Virus record (IMG/VR): IMGVR_UViG_3300027804_000001 | Location: 128,001-192,000 of that record | Source of the DNA: a virus | Taxonomy: Duplodnaviria; Caudoviricetes | Strand: one strand, 5' to 3' | DNA: 64,000 nt | Shown: positions 1 to 8,926 of the stretch, one piece after another | Layout: the number at the start of each line of letters is the position of its first letter | Position numbering within the stretch: the stretch's first letter is position 1 | Position numbers and translations under genes: made by a program | Notes under the pieces: generated by a model | The model's database searches: none | The model's input: the letters and a program-made list of their open reading frames with translations, nothing else | What the model was told of the DNA's origin: nothing

Positions 1-949
1 TCCCAAGTGCTCTATCTTCAACATTTTCTAAACTATCAAATGAATAATCAAAAATTTCATCATACAATTCAAATCCATATTTTAAAAGTTCCTTATTTTG
101 ATTTTTTGCACCAAAACATAAAAATGGTTGTTCGATTAAAATAGGTCTGTATGTTTTTTCTGTCACAAAAGGAAGTTCTTTAGATGTTTCACAAACCAAA
201 TTCATAAAACAACCTGGATTTAAAATCATATCAGTATATTCATCAGCAAATCCTCTTTCTTTTATTTTATACCCATCAACATTTATTCTTTCTTCTTTCC
301 AATATTTAAAATCGTAACTTTGTTGATTTTCATATGCTATGATGTCAAAAACACCACTTTCACTAATCAACATGTTCCAAGAATTTATACCATCTTTAAA
401 TAAATCATGATGAATTAGTTCATCAATCATTATACATCTATGATATCTCGCTTTGTTATTGTAATTTAAATACAACTTATCAAAATTCTTATTAATACAT
501 AAATCTTGAACTTTCATTGCACCATCCAAACCTCTATGACCTAAATACAAATCCTTTAATGCTTGATATGTGTGTGTTATTAGGTAGGTTGGCCAATAAA
601 GAAGTTCAAAATTTTTAAAAAGATTATTATAAACACTATATAATTCAGGATAGTGACACCCCAAAATTAAATAAAATTTACAATTATATTCAACTAATAC
701 TTTGTCTAATTCTAATAGATGTGGATCTAAAATAAAATTTCCTTTATTATCATTCCAACTATGTGTAATCCATTCTGTTGCGGTCTCCAATGGATAGTGA
801 TAAATTACAACTTCGGGTTTTTTTTCTTTTACTAAATCGATTATCGGTTGAGGTGTTAAATCGTTTTTATTAATCCCCCTGTCAATTATGATACATTTTT
901 CATTATTGTGGGATTGTAAAAAATATCCTATGTACTCTCTTGGTGTCAT
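1..949 (-). CDS. Conserved phage hypothetical protein, 3' end truncated by the window edge (not in ORF track)
   Basis: Manual translation from the ATG at 949 (ATGA overlap with the epimerase stop) gives MTPREYIGYFLQSHNNEK...LVCETSKELPFVTEKTYRPILIEQPF..., open to position 1. Confidence 0.75.
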   Translation of the reverse strand, partial: MTPREYIGYFLQSHNNEKCIIIDRGINKNDLTPQPIIDLVKEKKPEVVIYHYPLETATEWITHSWNDNKGNFILDPHLLELDKVLVEYNCKFYLILGCHYPELYSVYNNLFKNFELLYWPTYLITHTYQALKDLYLGHRGLDGAMKVQDLCINKNFDKLYLNYNNKARYHRCIMIDELIHHDLFKDGINSWNMLISESGVFDIIAYENQQSYDFKYWKEERINVDGYKIKERGFADEYTDMILNPGCFMNLVCETSKELPFVTEKTYRPILIEQPFLCFGAKNQNKELLKYGFELYDEIFDYSFDSLENVEDRALG

Positions 950-1917
950 CTTTCTTTAATCCAATTAAATGTTTTAGTTATACCATCTACTAGTGGTTGT
1001 GTGGGTTCCCAATTAAGAACTTGTTTAATTAATCTGTTATCGCTGTTCCTACCTCTTACTCCTTGTGGACCTGGTATATTTTTTATTGAAATATTCTTAT
1101 TACTAATGCCTATAACCATTTTTGCCAAATCATTAATTGAAATCATTTCTTCACTACCAATGTTTATTGGTTTATCATAATCTGATTCCATTAATTTAAT
1201 AACTGCGTCAATACATTCATCAACATATAAGAATGACCTTGTTTGTTTCCCATCACCCCAAATTTCTATAACACCATTATCCTCAACATGTGCTACCTTT
1301 CTACATATTGCAGCTGGTGCCTTTTCTCTTCCACCATCATATGTTCCATAAGGACCAAACACATTATGAAATCTACCTATTCTCACATCAACACCATAGT
1401 TTCTTTTGAATGTTGAGTACAATCTTTCACTGAATAATTTTTCCCAACCATATTCACTATCAGGATATGCGGGATATGCTGAGGATTCTTCACATATTGG
1501 ACTGTCGGGATTTAATTGATTGTGTTCATTATAAACACAAGCCGATGATGCGAAGAAAAACTTTTTAACATTTGATTTCGTTCCGATGTTTAAAACATTA
1601 AGATTAATCATCATTGAGTTGTGAACGACTTCGGCGTCATTGTCACCGGTATTGATATATCCGGCACCACCCATGTCTGCGGCTAACTGATAAACCTCAT
1701 CAAACGAATCAGAATCGTCAGGTGAAATTAATACCCTTTCAACAAACTTTGAATCTCGTAAATCACCTAAAAAAAATTCATGACAGAATTCAGATTCATT
1801 AAAATATTCGTGTCTTTTTATATCGACTGAACGGACAAAACAACCGTTCTCTTTTAATCTTTTTGAAAGGTGACCACCTATGAAACCACCACCACCTAAA
1901 ACTAATACTTTTTTCAT
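946..1917 (-). CDS. NAD-dependent nucleotide-sugar epimerase, GDP-mannose 3,5-epimerase-like (extended SDR)
   Basis: GGGGFIG Rossmann motif, AADMGGAGYI, SSACVY, catalytic YGWEK, WGDGKQTRSF. Confidence 0.85.
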   Translation of the reverse strand: MKKVLVLGGGGFIGGHLSKRLKENGCFVRSVDIKRHEYFNESEFCHEFFLGDLRDSKFVERVLISPDDSDSFDEVYQLAADMGGAGYINTGDNDAEVVHNSMMINLNVLNIGTKSNVKKFFFASSACVYNEHNQLNPDSPICEESSAYPAYPDSEYGWEKLFSERLYSTFKRNYGVDVRIGRFHNVFGPYGTYDGGREKAPAAICRKVAHVEDNGVIEIWGDGKQTRSFLYVDECIDAVIKLMESDYDKPINIGSEEMISINDLAKMVIGISNKNISIKNIPGPQGVRGRNSDNRLIKQVLNWEPTQPLVDGITKTFNWIKER

Positions 1918-1933
1918 GTTGATAATATAAGTA

Positions 1934-3334
1934 TTAATTTTTGAAATATAAATCTCTAATTTTTAGACTAAAGTTATCGTATAAGAAATAATCTTTCGAT
2001 TCAAATTTACCACTATTTTTAACTAAAACTTTTTTATTGTAAACCATATTTTTTGAATTATCTTCTTTGGTGTTTGCATAAAAACTTAAAAATGATATAT
2101 CTTTTTTACCATCATTATTAACATCAGAATAGGTAAGTTTGGTATAAAACCACGGAGTCGTAAAATCAAAACATGAATTATCAATCTCAAAATTCATCTT
2201 ATCTTTTTGAATATAGGTGTTCATTGAATATTTGTCTCCCGTCATATAATTCAATAAAAACAAAATATCATACTTCCCATCATTATTAACATCATCAATT
2301 ATCAAGTCTTGTATTTCTCTTCTGTCTGTTGGGTGATTTAATGGTAGCTTTATGATGTCTTGGTTAACAAATTTTCCATTATTATTTTTATTTAAAAGAA
2401 TTCTTTGATAATACATATTTGATTTATCTGCACCAAATGCAATAATATCATTTTTTCCATCTTTGTTAATGTCAAATATTCTACCACCAAATGTGTGGTC
2501 TGCACAATCAGAACAAGGTGATAATCCTACTTGATTATTAAAAATTGAATTGTTGAAATCACTTGCAAAGAATACTCTATCTTCCCTTTTAAAATATGGA
2601 AATTCCATAATACCCCAAAATATGTAATTTATGGAATTACATGCTATGAATAAATCATCAATACCATCACCATTGAGGTCACCAATATCACCACCCATTT
2701 TTCTTTGGTTCATTACTTTAAAAAACTCATCATATTCTGTGGTTAATATTTCTTTAACATCATAACGACCATTGCCATCACTTAAAACAATTCTGACTGG
2801 TTCATCTTTTCCTGTATTGGTTTGTCCTTCATCTCCATTATCCAATATCAATAAATCAACATAGTTATCGTTATTAAAATCTTTTGGGATAACCGTGTGA
2901 GCATTACCACCAATCACTTTTATCAACTTGTCATTAAAGAGATTTTGTTCCTCAAAAGTTTGATTTTTAACACTCCAAATTAAAAAGGAAGCAGCGGCTC
3001 TAATGTAACCATCATAACTTGCACCAGGATTAAAAATGTCAAGATACCCGTCATTATTAAAATCACCCCAAGAAACTGAAGATGTTTGAACCTCTTGTGA
3101 AGGTAGTGTTGATTTTTGAAACACCGCACAATATAAATCTGCCGGATAGGGTATGTTTCTCCAATATTCTTTACCCAAAGATTTCTCATTTAAATTTATT
3201 TTAAATAAATTTAAATCGATTTTCGAAGTTGTTGATTCGGTACCAATAATTTCAACGGGTAGTATATCATCCTTCTCACAAGATGATAATAAACAAACTA
3301 ATAATAAAAAACCAAATAGTTTTTTAACCAACAT
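1934..3334 (-). CDS. Lipoprotein with FG-GAP/VCBS repeats (beta-propeller)
   Basis: Signal peptide with lipobox LLSSC followed by EKDD. Repeated D-x-N-x-D-G-x-x-D motifs (DFNNDGYLD, DFNNDNYVD, DLNGDGIDD, DINKDGKND, DVNNDGKYD, DVNNDGKKD). Confidence 0.8.
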   Translation of the reverse strand: MLVKKLFGFLLLVCLLSSCEKDDILPVEIIGTESTTSKIDLNLFKINLNEKSLGKEYWRNIPYPADLYCAVFQKSTLPSQEVQTSSVSWGDFNNDGYLDIFNPGASYDGYIRAAASFLIWSVKNQTFEEQNLFNDKLIKVIGGNAHTVIPKDFNNDNYVDLLILDNGDEGQTNTGKDEPVRIVLSDGNGRYDVKEILTTEYDEFFKVMNQRKMGGDIGDLNGDGIDDLFIACNSINYIFWGIMEFPYFKREDRVFFASDFNNSIFNNQVGLSPCSDCADHTFGGRIFDINKDGKNDIIAFGADKSNMYYQRILLNKNNNGKFVNQDIIKLPLNHPTDRREIQDLIIDDVNNDGKYDILFLLNYMTGDKYSMNTYIQKDKMNFEIDNSCFDFTTPWFYTKLTYSDVNNDGKKDISFLSFYANTKEDNSKNMVYNKKVLVKNSGKFESKDYFLYDNFSLKIRDLYFKN

Positions 3335-3503
3335 AGTATTCTTCTTTTAAATTATTGTTTTCAAACTCTTGTCTAACCATGTAACAATCCAATTCAGAAC
3401 TTCTCATGGACTTTAATTTTCTTTCTGCTTGTTCTAATGATTCACATTCGAAAATTTCATCACCAGTTCTAACTTCGTATTTATAAGTAATTTTTATTTT
3501 CAT
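3324..3503 (-). CDS. Small hypothetical protein, 59 aa (not in ORF track)
   Basis: Manual translation MKIKITYKYEVRTGDEIFECESLEQAERKLK...EEYYVG*. It fills the gap between coupled genes. Confidence 0.65.
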   Translation of the reverse strand: MKIKITYKYEVRTGDEIFECESLEQAERKLKSMRSSELDCYMVRQEFENNNLKEEYYVG

Positions 3504-3504
3504 A

Positions 3505-3759
3505 TTATTGATTTAAATAACAATTGTGTTTAGTTGCAACAATAAGTTTCAAATATTTCAAACACTCATTATCCGCTCGATTAATTGTTTGGTATAAGTC
3601 ATTATTAATAACAGATTGTACAAAACTACCACCCATCATAAACTTATCTCTTGTCATCATAACTGAGGCCATTACGTCAATTATGTGAATTGATGGTGTT
3701 TCGTTATACTCTCCAGCAAATTTTTTTACTCTTTCGTAATAATCTTCTCTTTTAATCAT
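3505..3759 (-). CDS. Hypothetical protein
   Basis: 84-aa ORF with ATGA coupling to the upstream gene. Confidence 0.7.
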   Translation of the reverse strand: MIKREDYYERVKKFAGEYNETPSIHIIDVMASVMMTRDKFMMGGSFVQSVINNDLYQTINRADNECLKYLKLIVATKHNCYLNQ

Positions 3760-4301
3760 GATTTATATAATCTTAAATTGTTATAATAAGCTACAGAATT
3801 TTCTTCCGCAAGAACACCATACTCTTTTTTTACGTTTTCATAAATGGCTTTAGTATTGTCGTTTATGTATTTTGCAATGATGTTACAAAACCCGTAATTA
3901 GACTCGTCAACCACTTCTTGTGGTGTACCGGGTAACCCACAATAATTTGCCTCACCAACTTCGCTGATGAACATGCCACTATAAAACCCCTTCAAATTAT
4001 ATTTTTGAACGAATTGGTCGGCGTTGCACCAAATAAAAACTGAGTTGTCTTTTTCTCGTAATAATGGAACTGTGGTTTGGTCTATTACAAACCCACCGGA
4101 ATTTCTAAATTTTCCAATTGAAAATAGTCCCCAAGGAGACCCATGACCCATCATCATTACTCTGTCGTGTTTCTCAATCAGTTTGTTTAATTCCGATTTA
4201 GTGACACCACCAGTTATGACTGTTTTGTTCTCAATTGGTTGATAAACAATATCCAAAAAGGATGTTGTTTTATCTTCTGGATGTATGATTAATGTTTTCA
4301 T
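3756..4301 (-). CDS. Hypothetical protein, possible clan CD (gingipain/caspase-like) cysteine peptidase fold
   Basis: Hydrophobic strand then GHGS, and a second strand then WC (FIWCNADQF), resembling a His-Gly/Cys dyad. Confidence 0.4.
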   Translation of the reverse strand: MKTLIIHPEDKTTSFLDIVYQPIENKTVITGGVTKSELNKLIEKHDRVMMMGHGSPWGLFSIGKFRNSGGFVIDQTTVPLLREKDNSVFIWCNADQFVQKYNLKGFYSGMFISEVGEANYCGLPGTPQEVVDESNYGFCNIIAKYINDNTKAIYENVKKEYGVLAEENSVAYYNNLRLYKS

Positions 4302-4305
4302 ACCC

Positions 4306-4336
4306 CAAAATTAAGGATATTTTTTAATATACCAAA
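4306..4336 (-). promoter_or_regulatory. Bacteroidota primary-sigma promoter (TTTG-N19-TAnnTTTG)
   Basis: On the minus strand, TTTG (4336-4333), a 19-nt spacer, then TAATTTTG (4313-4306), just upstream of the ATG at 4301. Confidence 0.6.
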
Positions 4337-4352
4337 AAAAATCTAGTATTTT

Positions 4353-4724
4353 TTAATATAAAGAATGTATCTTATTGATAATCAATTCGGTATGTTCTCT
4401 ATATCCCTCTTCGGTTTCACACCTATTTTGATGTGTTTTAATTGAATGGATGGCGGTAGTGTGATCACGACCACTAACCATTTTACCAACTGATTCATAT
4501 GAGTATCCGAACTCTTTCTTCATTATTGTACAAAAAATGTGACGAGCGTTTACAATGGTACCCTTTCTTGACCTGGATAAAATATCCTCAACAGATACCC
4601 CACATTGTTCAGAAACAATCTTAAGAATATCCTCGGGTTTAACTAAACTTCTTTTTTGAGTTTTGGATGGTTTTGGTAAGTATTTAGATTTGATACCAGG
4701 GAAAACATAAGGACTTATCTTCAT
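4353..4724 (-). CDS. Stand-alone DnaA domain IV (Bac_DnaA_C) DNA-binding protein
   Basis: ILKIVSEQCGVSVEDILSRSRKGTIVNARH and GRDHTTAIHS match the DnaA C-terminal signature. No AAA+ domain. Confidence 0.75.
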   Translation of the reverse strand: MKISPYVFPGIKSKYLPKPSKTQKRSLVKPEDILKIVSEQCGVSVEDILSRSRKGTIVNARHIFCTIMKKEFGYSYESVGKMVSGRDHTTAIHSIKTHQNRCETEEGYREHTELIINKIHSLY

Positions 4725-4756
4725 ACGTAATATTTTGAACGAAGATAAGTCTTTTA

Positions 4757-4990
4757 TTAATAATTTCCACTTAAAAAAACATAAATAACTTCAGGAATTT
4801 TGGTACAAGTTCTTTCATTTCCGTTAGAGTCAGAACATGGAATAGATGGTAAATTGTTAATATACTTTCTAAGTTCCTTTGGTCCTTTTTTTAATTTATC
4901 CACAACATAATCTCTACTATAAAGTTTATCTTCATCATAGTATTCTGACAGGAGGTTCTTGTATTGGGTTTCGGAAATAATAATCTTCAT
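4757..4990 (-). CDS. Hypothetical protein, candidate virion-internal protein
   Basis: N-terminus MKIIISE...LLSE with a TATTTATT motif immediately upstream. Confidence 0.65.
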   Translation of the reverse strand: MKIIISETQYKNLLSEYYDEDKLYSRDYVVDKLKKGPKELRKYINNLPSIPCSDSNGNERTCTKIPEVIYVFLSGNY

Positions 4991-5005
4991 ACCAATAAAT
5001 ATATA

Positions 5006-6016
5006 CTATGTCCTGTTTTCTGTTGACCCTGAATAATATATTGGTGTTTCAGTTGTTGTTAAGAAATAATTCTCACTAACGGTTTCTTCAGTTGGGGTTT
5101 CTAATTCTTCTACCGCCCTCTCCGCCGCTCTTCTGATATAGTCAACTCTTGGTTCCGCCTCGATTGGTACGGGTTCTATCAAATCACTAATCCTATTTTT
5201 AAGTTCATAACGTTTTAGAAGTTCGTCTTCTCTGATTCTCTCCTCGTCCGATAATAAGAACCTATTGGTCTTAGTTCCCTTGCCTCTTGACTCATTGAAT
5301 ATAACCGTTCTTAATTCATCAGTTAGTTCTGTTTCTAAAGAATCGACTCTTCTATCTTTTTGATCCCAAAAAGAAAACTCGGGGTCATTTTTTTCTAAAG
5401 AATAGAAAGACGCAACTTTGTAACCACTTTTTTTGTTAAGACAATATATTAATACTCCCTTTTTGGTATATCTCATAAAATGTTCAACATTACCTTCAGA
5501 TGTTGTGCACCATTTTGTATTAGAACCATATTTTTTAGATGATAGGTATGTTAGTGGTCTAATTAATAACCACTCATCATTTTCAAAAACAACCTTAACT
5601 TGTTTCTCCAATTCTTTATGGTCAATTATTATTTCGGCCATGTTTAAAGAATTGATGATTTCATCAAAATCACTATAACGACTTAAATCATTTTGTTTTA
5701 TTAAACCTCTTTCATTGTATTCACAAAACTTTATAAAAGACTTTAAATCTGTTCTATTAAACATATCTAAAATTCTATAGAACATCAAAATCTCCATTTG
5801 ATGTAACTCATTTAGATACTCAACATTAATATCAAACTCGTCTTTTAAAATTGTTTTTACTTCTTTAATGTGTGACTCTATTCCTGGTGTTTTCTTTATA
5901 ATTCTTAATAGAGTTTCTGTGTACTTTGATTTTCTTTCAGGTACAAGGATTGAAAAAATATTAAAAAGATTAATATTATTTTCGGGTAATGATTTTAATT
6001 CTTTGATTCTAGACAT
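5006..6016 (-). CDS. Phage hypothetical protein with YGxxTKWC motif (PcfJ-related)
   Basis: EWLLIRPLTYLSSKKYGSNTKWCTTS motif in a 336-aa ORF. Confidence 0.55.
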   Translation of the reverse strand: MSRIKELKSLPENNINLFNIFSILVPERKSKYTETLLRIIKKTPGIESHIKEVKTILKDEFDINVEYLNELHQMEILMFYRILDMFNRTDLKSFIKFCEYNERGLIKQNDLSRYSDFDEIINSLNMAEIIIDHKELEKQVKVVFENDEWLLIRPLTYLSSKKYGSNTKWCTTSEGNVEHFMRYTKKGVLIYCLNKKSGYKVASFYSLEKNDPEFSFWDQKDRRVDSLETELTDELRTVIFNESRGKGTKTNRFLLSDEERIREDELLKRYELKNRISDLIEPVPIEAEPRVDYIRRAAERAVEELETPTEETVSENYFLTTTETPIYYSGSTENRT

Positions 6017-6333
6017 TATCTTTTACGTTTATATTTGAATCCATAAAATTCATAATTTTTATGGACGGATTCCTCGTCATTAAAATGAATTGCATCCTCT
6101 TCATTTGGGTATATAGCATCTACCGGACATTCAGGTAAACAAGCACCACAATCAATACAAATATCAGGATTAATATACAATTGTTTATTTTCTAATTCCT
6201 CTTTGGTCATGTCGTCTAATTCTTTTCCCATACCATCCACTTTGATTGGTCCATTAATACAATCAACGGGACAGACTTTAACACAAGCCGCGTCACAAAT
6301 AGAAACACATTTATTACCAATGATATATGACAT
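6016..6333 (-). CDS. Dicluster ferredoxin (7Fe/8Fe, FdxA-like)
   Basis: CVSICDAACVKVCPVDC and CIDCGACLPECPVDAI cluster motifs. Confidence 0.9.
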   Translation of the reverse strand: MSYIIGNKCVSICDAACVKVCPVDCINGPIKVDGMGKELDDMTKEELENKQLYINPDICIDCGACLPECPVDAIYPNEEDAIHFNDEESVHKNYEFYGFKYKRKR

Positions 6334-6334
6334 A

Positions 6335-6805
6335 TTATAATTCTAAGACTTTTAATTGATCTATTGTGTGTTTTGTATTAAGATGAAGTATTCCGATACC
6401 ACCAGCCTCAATCCAATCATTTATATTTTCAGGTCTATCGTCAATCAAAATAGAGTTTGGTTCGGATAAATCTTTTTTGTTTTTTGCGTACTTTAAAATT
6501 AGTTCTACACCCGGTAATTCTCTTTCAACCCAACTGATTTTACCGATACGAGATTCAACATTTCTTGATGGTGCGGACAATATTTTTGGATTATGTTTTT
6601 GAATATATTTCCAAAGTCTTTTACCATCATTTTTCCAGTCCATATTAGTCCAGAACTCAACTCCTGCTTTGTTAATTGGTTCCCAAAATTTAGGACCATC
6701 GTGAAATTTATTTGATAAATCAATTCCCGTCAATTTAAGATATGCCCCATCAAAGTCCGTTAGGACACCATCCAAATCACAATATATTTTATACTTTGAT
6801 TCCAT
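6335..6805 (-). CDS. HAD-family 5'(3')-deoxyribonucleotidase (NT5C-like)
   Basis: DLDGVLTDF motif I, ILSAP, LIDDRPENI motif IV. Confidence 0.8.
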   Translation of the reverse strand: MESKYKIYCDLDGVLTDFDGAYLKLTGIDLSNKFHDGPKFWEPINKAGVEFWTNMDWKNDGKRLWKYIQKHNPKILSAPSRNVESRIGKISWVERELPGVELILKYAKNKKDLSEPNSILIDDRPENINDWIEAGGIGILHLNTKHTIDQLKVLEL

Positions 6806-6835
6806 ATTGAAAAGATATCATTTTTTTCTGATAAA

Positions 6836-6866
6836 AACAAAAAAACCCCAAAAAATTTGGGGTTTT
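6836..6866 (-). terminator. Intrinsic terminator
   Basis: Hairpin AAAACCCCAA/TTGGGGTTTT followed by a T-tract on the minus strand, downstream of 6888..7124. Confidence 0.7.
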
Positions 6867-6887
6867 GATATTAAAAAGGGTATTAAT

Positions 6888-7124
6888 TTATTTTGTTTTT
6901 ACAACAATTTCAGGGTTTTCTTGGTCACCATTTTTTATAACATAGAAGTTACCTTGGTCATCTTGTCCAAGAGCCAACTCAACCGAAGCCTCATGTTCGT
7001 CAGCACCAGGTCTTTCTTCTGGTTGTATTTGGGTATCAAAATCATCAAATCCTTCAGATTCTTTAAGGATGTTTTCAACGATTTTTTCGATATCAGATTG
7101 TTTTAATTTAATAATTTTAGCCAT
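6888..7124 (-). CDS. Small acidic protein, candidate virion-internal protein
   Basis: MAKIIKLKQSDIEKIVENILKESE N-terminus, with TATTTATA upstream at 7144-7151. Confidence 0.65.
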   Translation of the reverse strand: MAKIIKLKQSDIEKIVENILKESEGFDDFDTQIQPEERPGADEHEASVELALGQDDQGNFYVIKNGDQENPEIVVKTK

Positions 7125-7177
7125 ATCAATATTGTTATTTATATATAAATACTTTAAAAATATAAAAATTGTTGGAC

Positions 7178-7759
7178 TTAGATTAATTCATAATCTATGT
7201 CACCATAGTCATCAAAATCATCATTCTCGTCGTGCCCCTCACCTTCTTCGGCTTTTCTATATGCTTCACAAACACTTCTAGCCATTACTGTGTGTGTCCA
7301 TGATTGTACACAACTTCTTGAACATTGGATGGTGTATTCCTGTTCTTCATTATCTACCCAATTTTCATCTTCTTCCTCACATTCTTCAGTGTTAATAGTA
7401 ACAGAAGAATCTTCTCTTTTCATTTTATCAAACTCCTCGATAACATCGTTTCTAAATCGCTTTAATTGATCATATGATTTAAAATCAAAACTAAACATAC
7501 CTAGTTCAGATTTTAGGGTAACATTTACATGTTCTGGTTCACCTTCTTTGTATTGATTTTCCTTTGTGTAACTTACATAATACCCATCACACTCACCAAA
7601 TTCAATTTGTGTCTCATCTGGGTAAAGACTCATCCAAAAACTATCTGAATTGTCTTCTTGCATTTTTTTATATTCACTTTCTAATGATTGCAATTCTTTA
7701 ATTGCGTTAGAGTATCTTTTTTCAAAGTCTTTCTCCCATTTTTTAGTACGTTTAGGCAT
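7178..7759 (-). CDS. Acidic hypothetical protein
   Basis: 193-aa ORF, very rich in D/E. Confidence 0.7.
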   Translation of the reverse strand: MPKRTKKWEKDFEKRYSNAIKELQSLESEYKKMQEDNSDSFWMSLYPDETQIEFGECDGYYVSYTKENQYKEGEPEHVNVTLKSELGMFSFDFKSYDQLKRFRNDVIEEFDKMKREDSSVTINTEECEEEDENWVDNEEQEYTIQCSRSCVQSWTHTVMARSVCEAYRKAEEGEGHDENDDFDDYGDIDYELI

Positions 7760-7760
7760 A

Positions 7761-8114
7761 TTATTTTGTTTTTTTTCTGGTTTTTACAAAAGGTTCGTCA
7801 CTTTTAACACCATCAAATTGTTTTGGATTTCTTTTTTTCTTTTTCGGTTGAAGTTCTTCAGGATTAATATAATCCAATTCGGTCTCACCCGGTTCAATGT
7901 TTATAAATTGATTAACAAATTTATCCATGTTTATATAATAATAAACAAAGCAAATTGTAAACAATCCGAGAATTCCCGATAGTATATTAAGCATAGTATT
8001 TGCTGCAGTCAAACCGGGAAACACAATGAATGTTAGGATTGCGAATGTACCGAATCCAACAAAGATTGGTGATGATGTTTTCTGTGAGAAAACTTTTTTA
8101 AAGAGGTCTTTCAT
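7761..8114 (-). CDS. Membrane protein with two TM helices; start reassigned to the ATG at 8114
   Basis: The track start at 8156 is TTG. The ATG at 8114 gives MKDLFKK..., then two hydrophobic segments and a basic tail. Confidence 0.7.
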   Translation of the reverse strand: MKDLFKKVFSQKTSSPIFVGFGTFAILTFIVFPGLTAANTMLNILSGILGLFTICFVYYYINMDKFVNQFINIEPGETELDYINPEELQPKKKKRNPKQFDGVKSDEPFVKTRKKTK

Positions 8115-8337
8115 TTTTTTAGGTTTAGTAAGTTTGTTAAGGATGGTTGGGTTCAAAGTTCCGATTTAATAAATCTTAAAGGAGTTTTAAAGTTTGAGAG
8201 TTAACTTTTGATAATTTGAATGTTAATTTTTGAGTCCACTTAACTTCATCAATTTATCAGACTTTATAGATTTGTTAGCAAAGACTTGTAGTCTTCGACT
8301 TGATTTATAAATCTTCCCCTATTCCCCAACCAATATT
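8115..8337 (-). ncRNA. Candidate structured non-coding RNA or long 3' UTR
   Basis: About 220 nt with no convincing ORF in a gene-dense genome. It contains the hairpins AAGAC-TACAA-GTCTT and TTTG-CTAA-CAAA and the palindrome GATTTATAAATC. Confidence 0.3.
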
Positions 8338-8775
8338 TTAATCAATCAATGTGTTGTGATTCCATTGGTCAAGTTCATCTTGGAGAGATTCAATTCTCAA
8401 CTCAAGGTTCTTCACCATTTTATCTTTTTCAACCACATTAATTTCAGCGTGTTTAACGACAGGTTCACCTTCTCCCCATCTTCCACCGGCAACTTTACCT
8501 GAGGAACAATTGAGTCCTTTCAACTGTTTAACTTGATTTTTTAATTCTGACAATTCAAAAATCTTATCATAAACTGGAAGGTTTGCCTTATGGATTTGTG
8601 TTTTCAACACAATAAGATCATTAGATAACATCATCCAATTACCTATCGCCTCTGTTGCCGAGTATGGACGCGGATTACCTTCATCAACAACATTATATTG
8701 TGATGCCTTATAAAATTCTTGGTGAATTTCACCAACGAGTTTGTTTTTCTTTTTTAATGCTTGTTTGATGTTCAT
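8338..8775 (-). CDS. DIP1984/DUF6847-like coiled-coil protein
   Basis: MNIKQALKKKNKL N-terminus and RIESLQDELDQWNHNTLI C-terminus resemble this family. Called from recognition only. Confidence 0.5.
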   Translation of the reverse strand: MNIKQALKKKNKLVGEIHQEFYKASQYNVVDEGNPRPYSATEAIGNWMMLSNDLIVLKTQIHKANLPVYDKIFELSELKNQVKQLKGLNCSSGKVAGGRWGEGEPVVKHAEINVVEKDKMVKNLELRIESLQDELDQWNHNTLID

Positions 8776-8784
8776 GTTTCTATT

Positions 8785-8889
8785 TTAAAATTTACCCCAT
8801 TGAGATTTGTTACGGTTTTCTTCTGCAATTTTAAACCCTAACAAAATATCTTTGAGAATTATTTTTATTTTTTGAAATACTTTTTTCAT
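8785..8889 (-). CDS. Small hypothetical protein, 34 aa (not in ORF track)
   Basis: Manual translation MKKVFQKIKIILKDILLGFKIAEENRNKSQWGKF*. Confidence 0.5.
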   Translation of the reverse strand: MKKVFQKIKIILKDILLGFKIAEENRNKSQWGKF

Positions 8890-8926
8890 AATAGAATATA
8901 AATAAAATTTTTGAATAAAAAAAATA

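Noticed and set aside
4896-4904. Perfect DnaA box TTATCCACA about 170 nt upstream of the DnaA domain IV gene
   Set aside because: It is a single copy inside a coding region. Roughly one such 9-mer is expected by chance in 64 kb at this AT content, and there is no box cluster or unwinding element.
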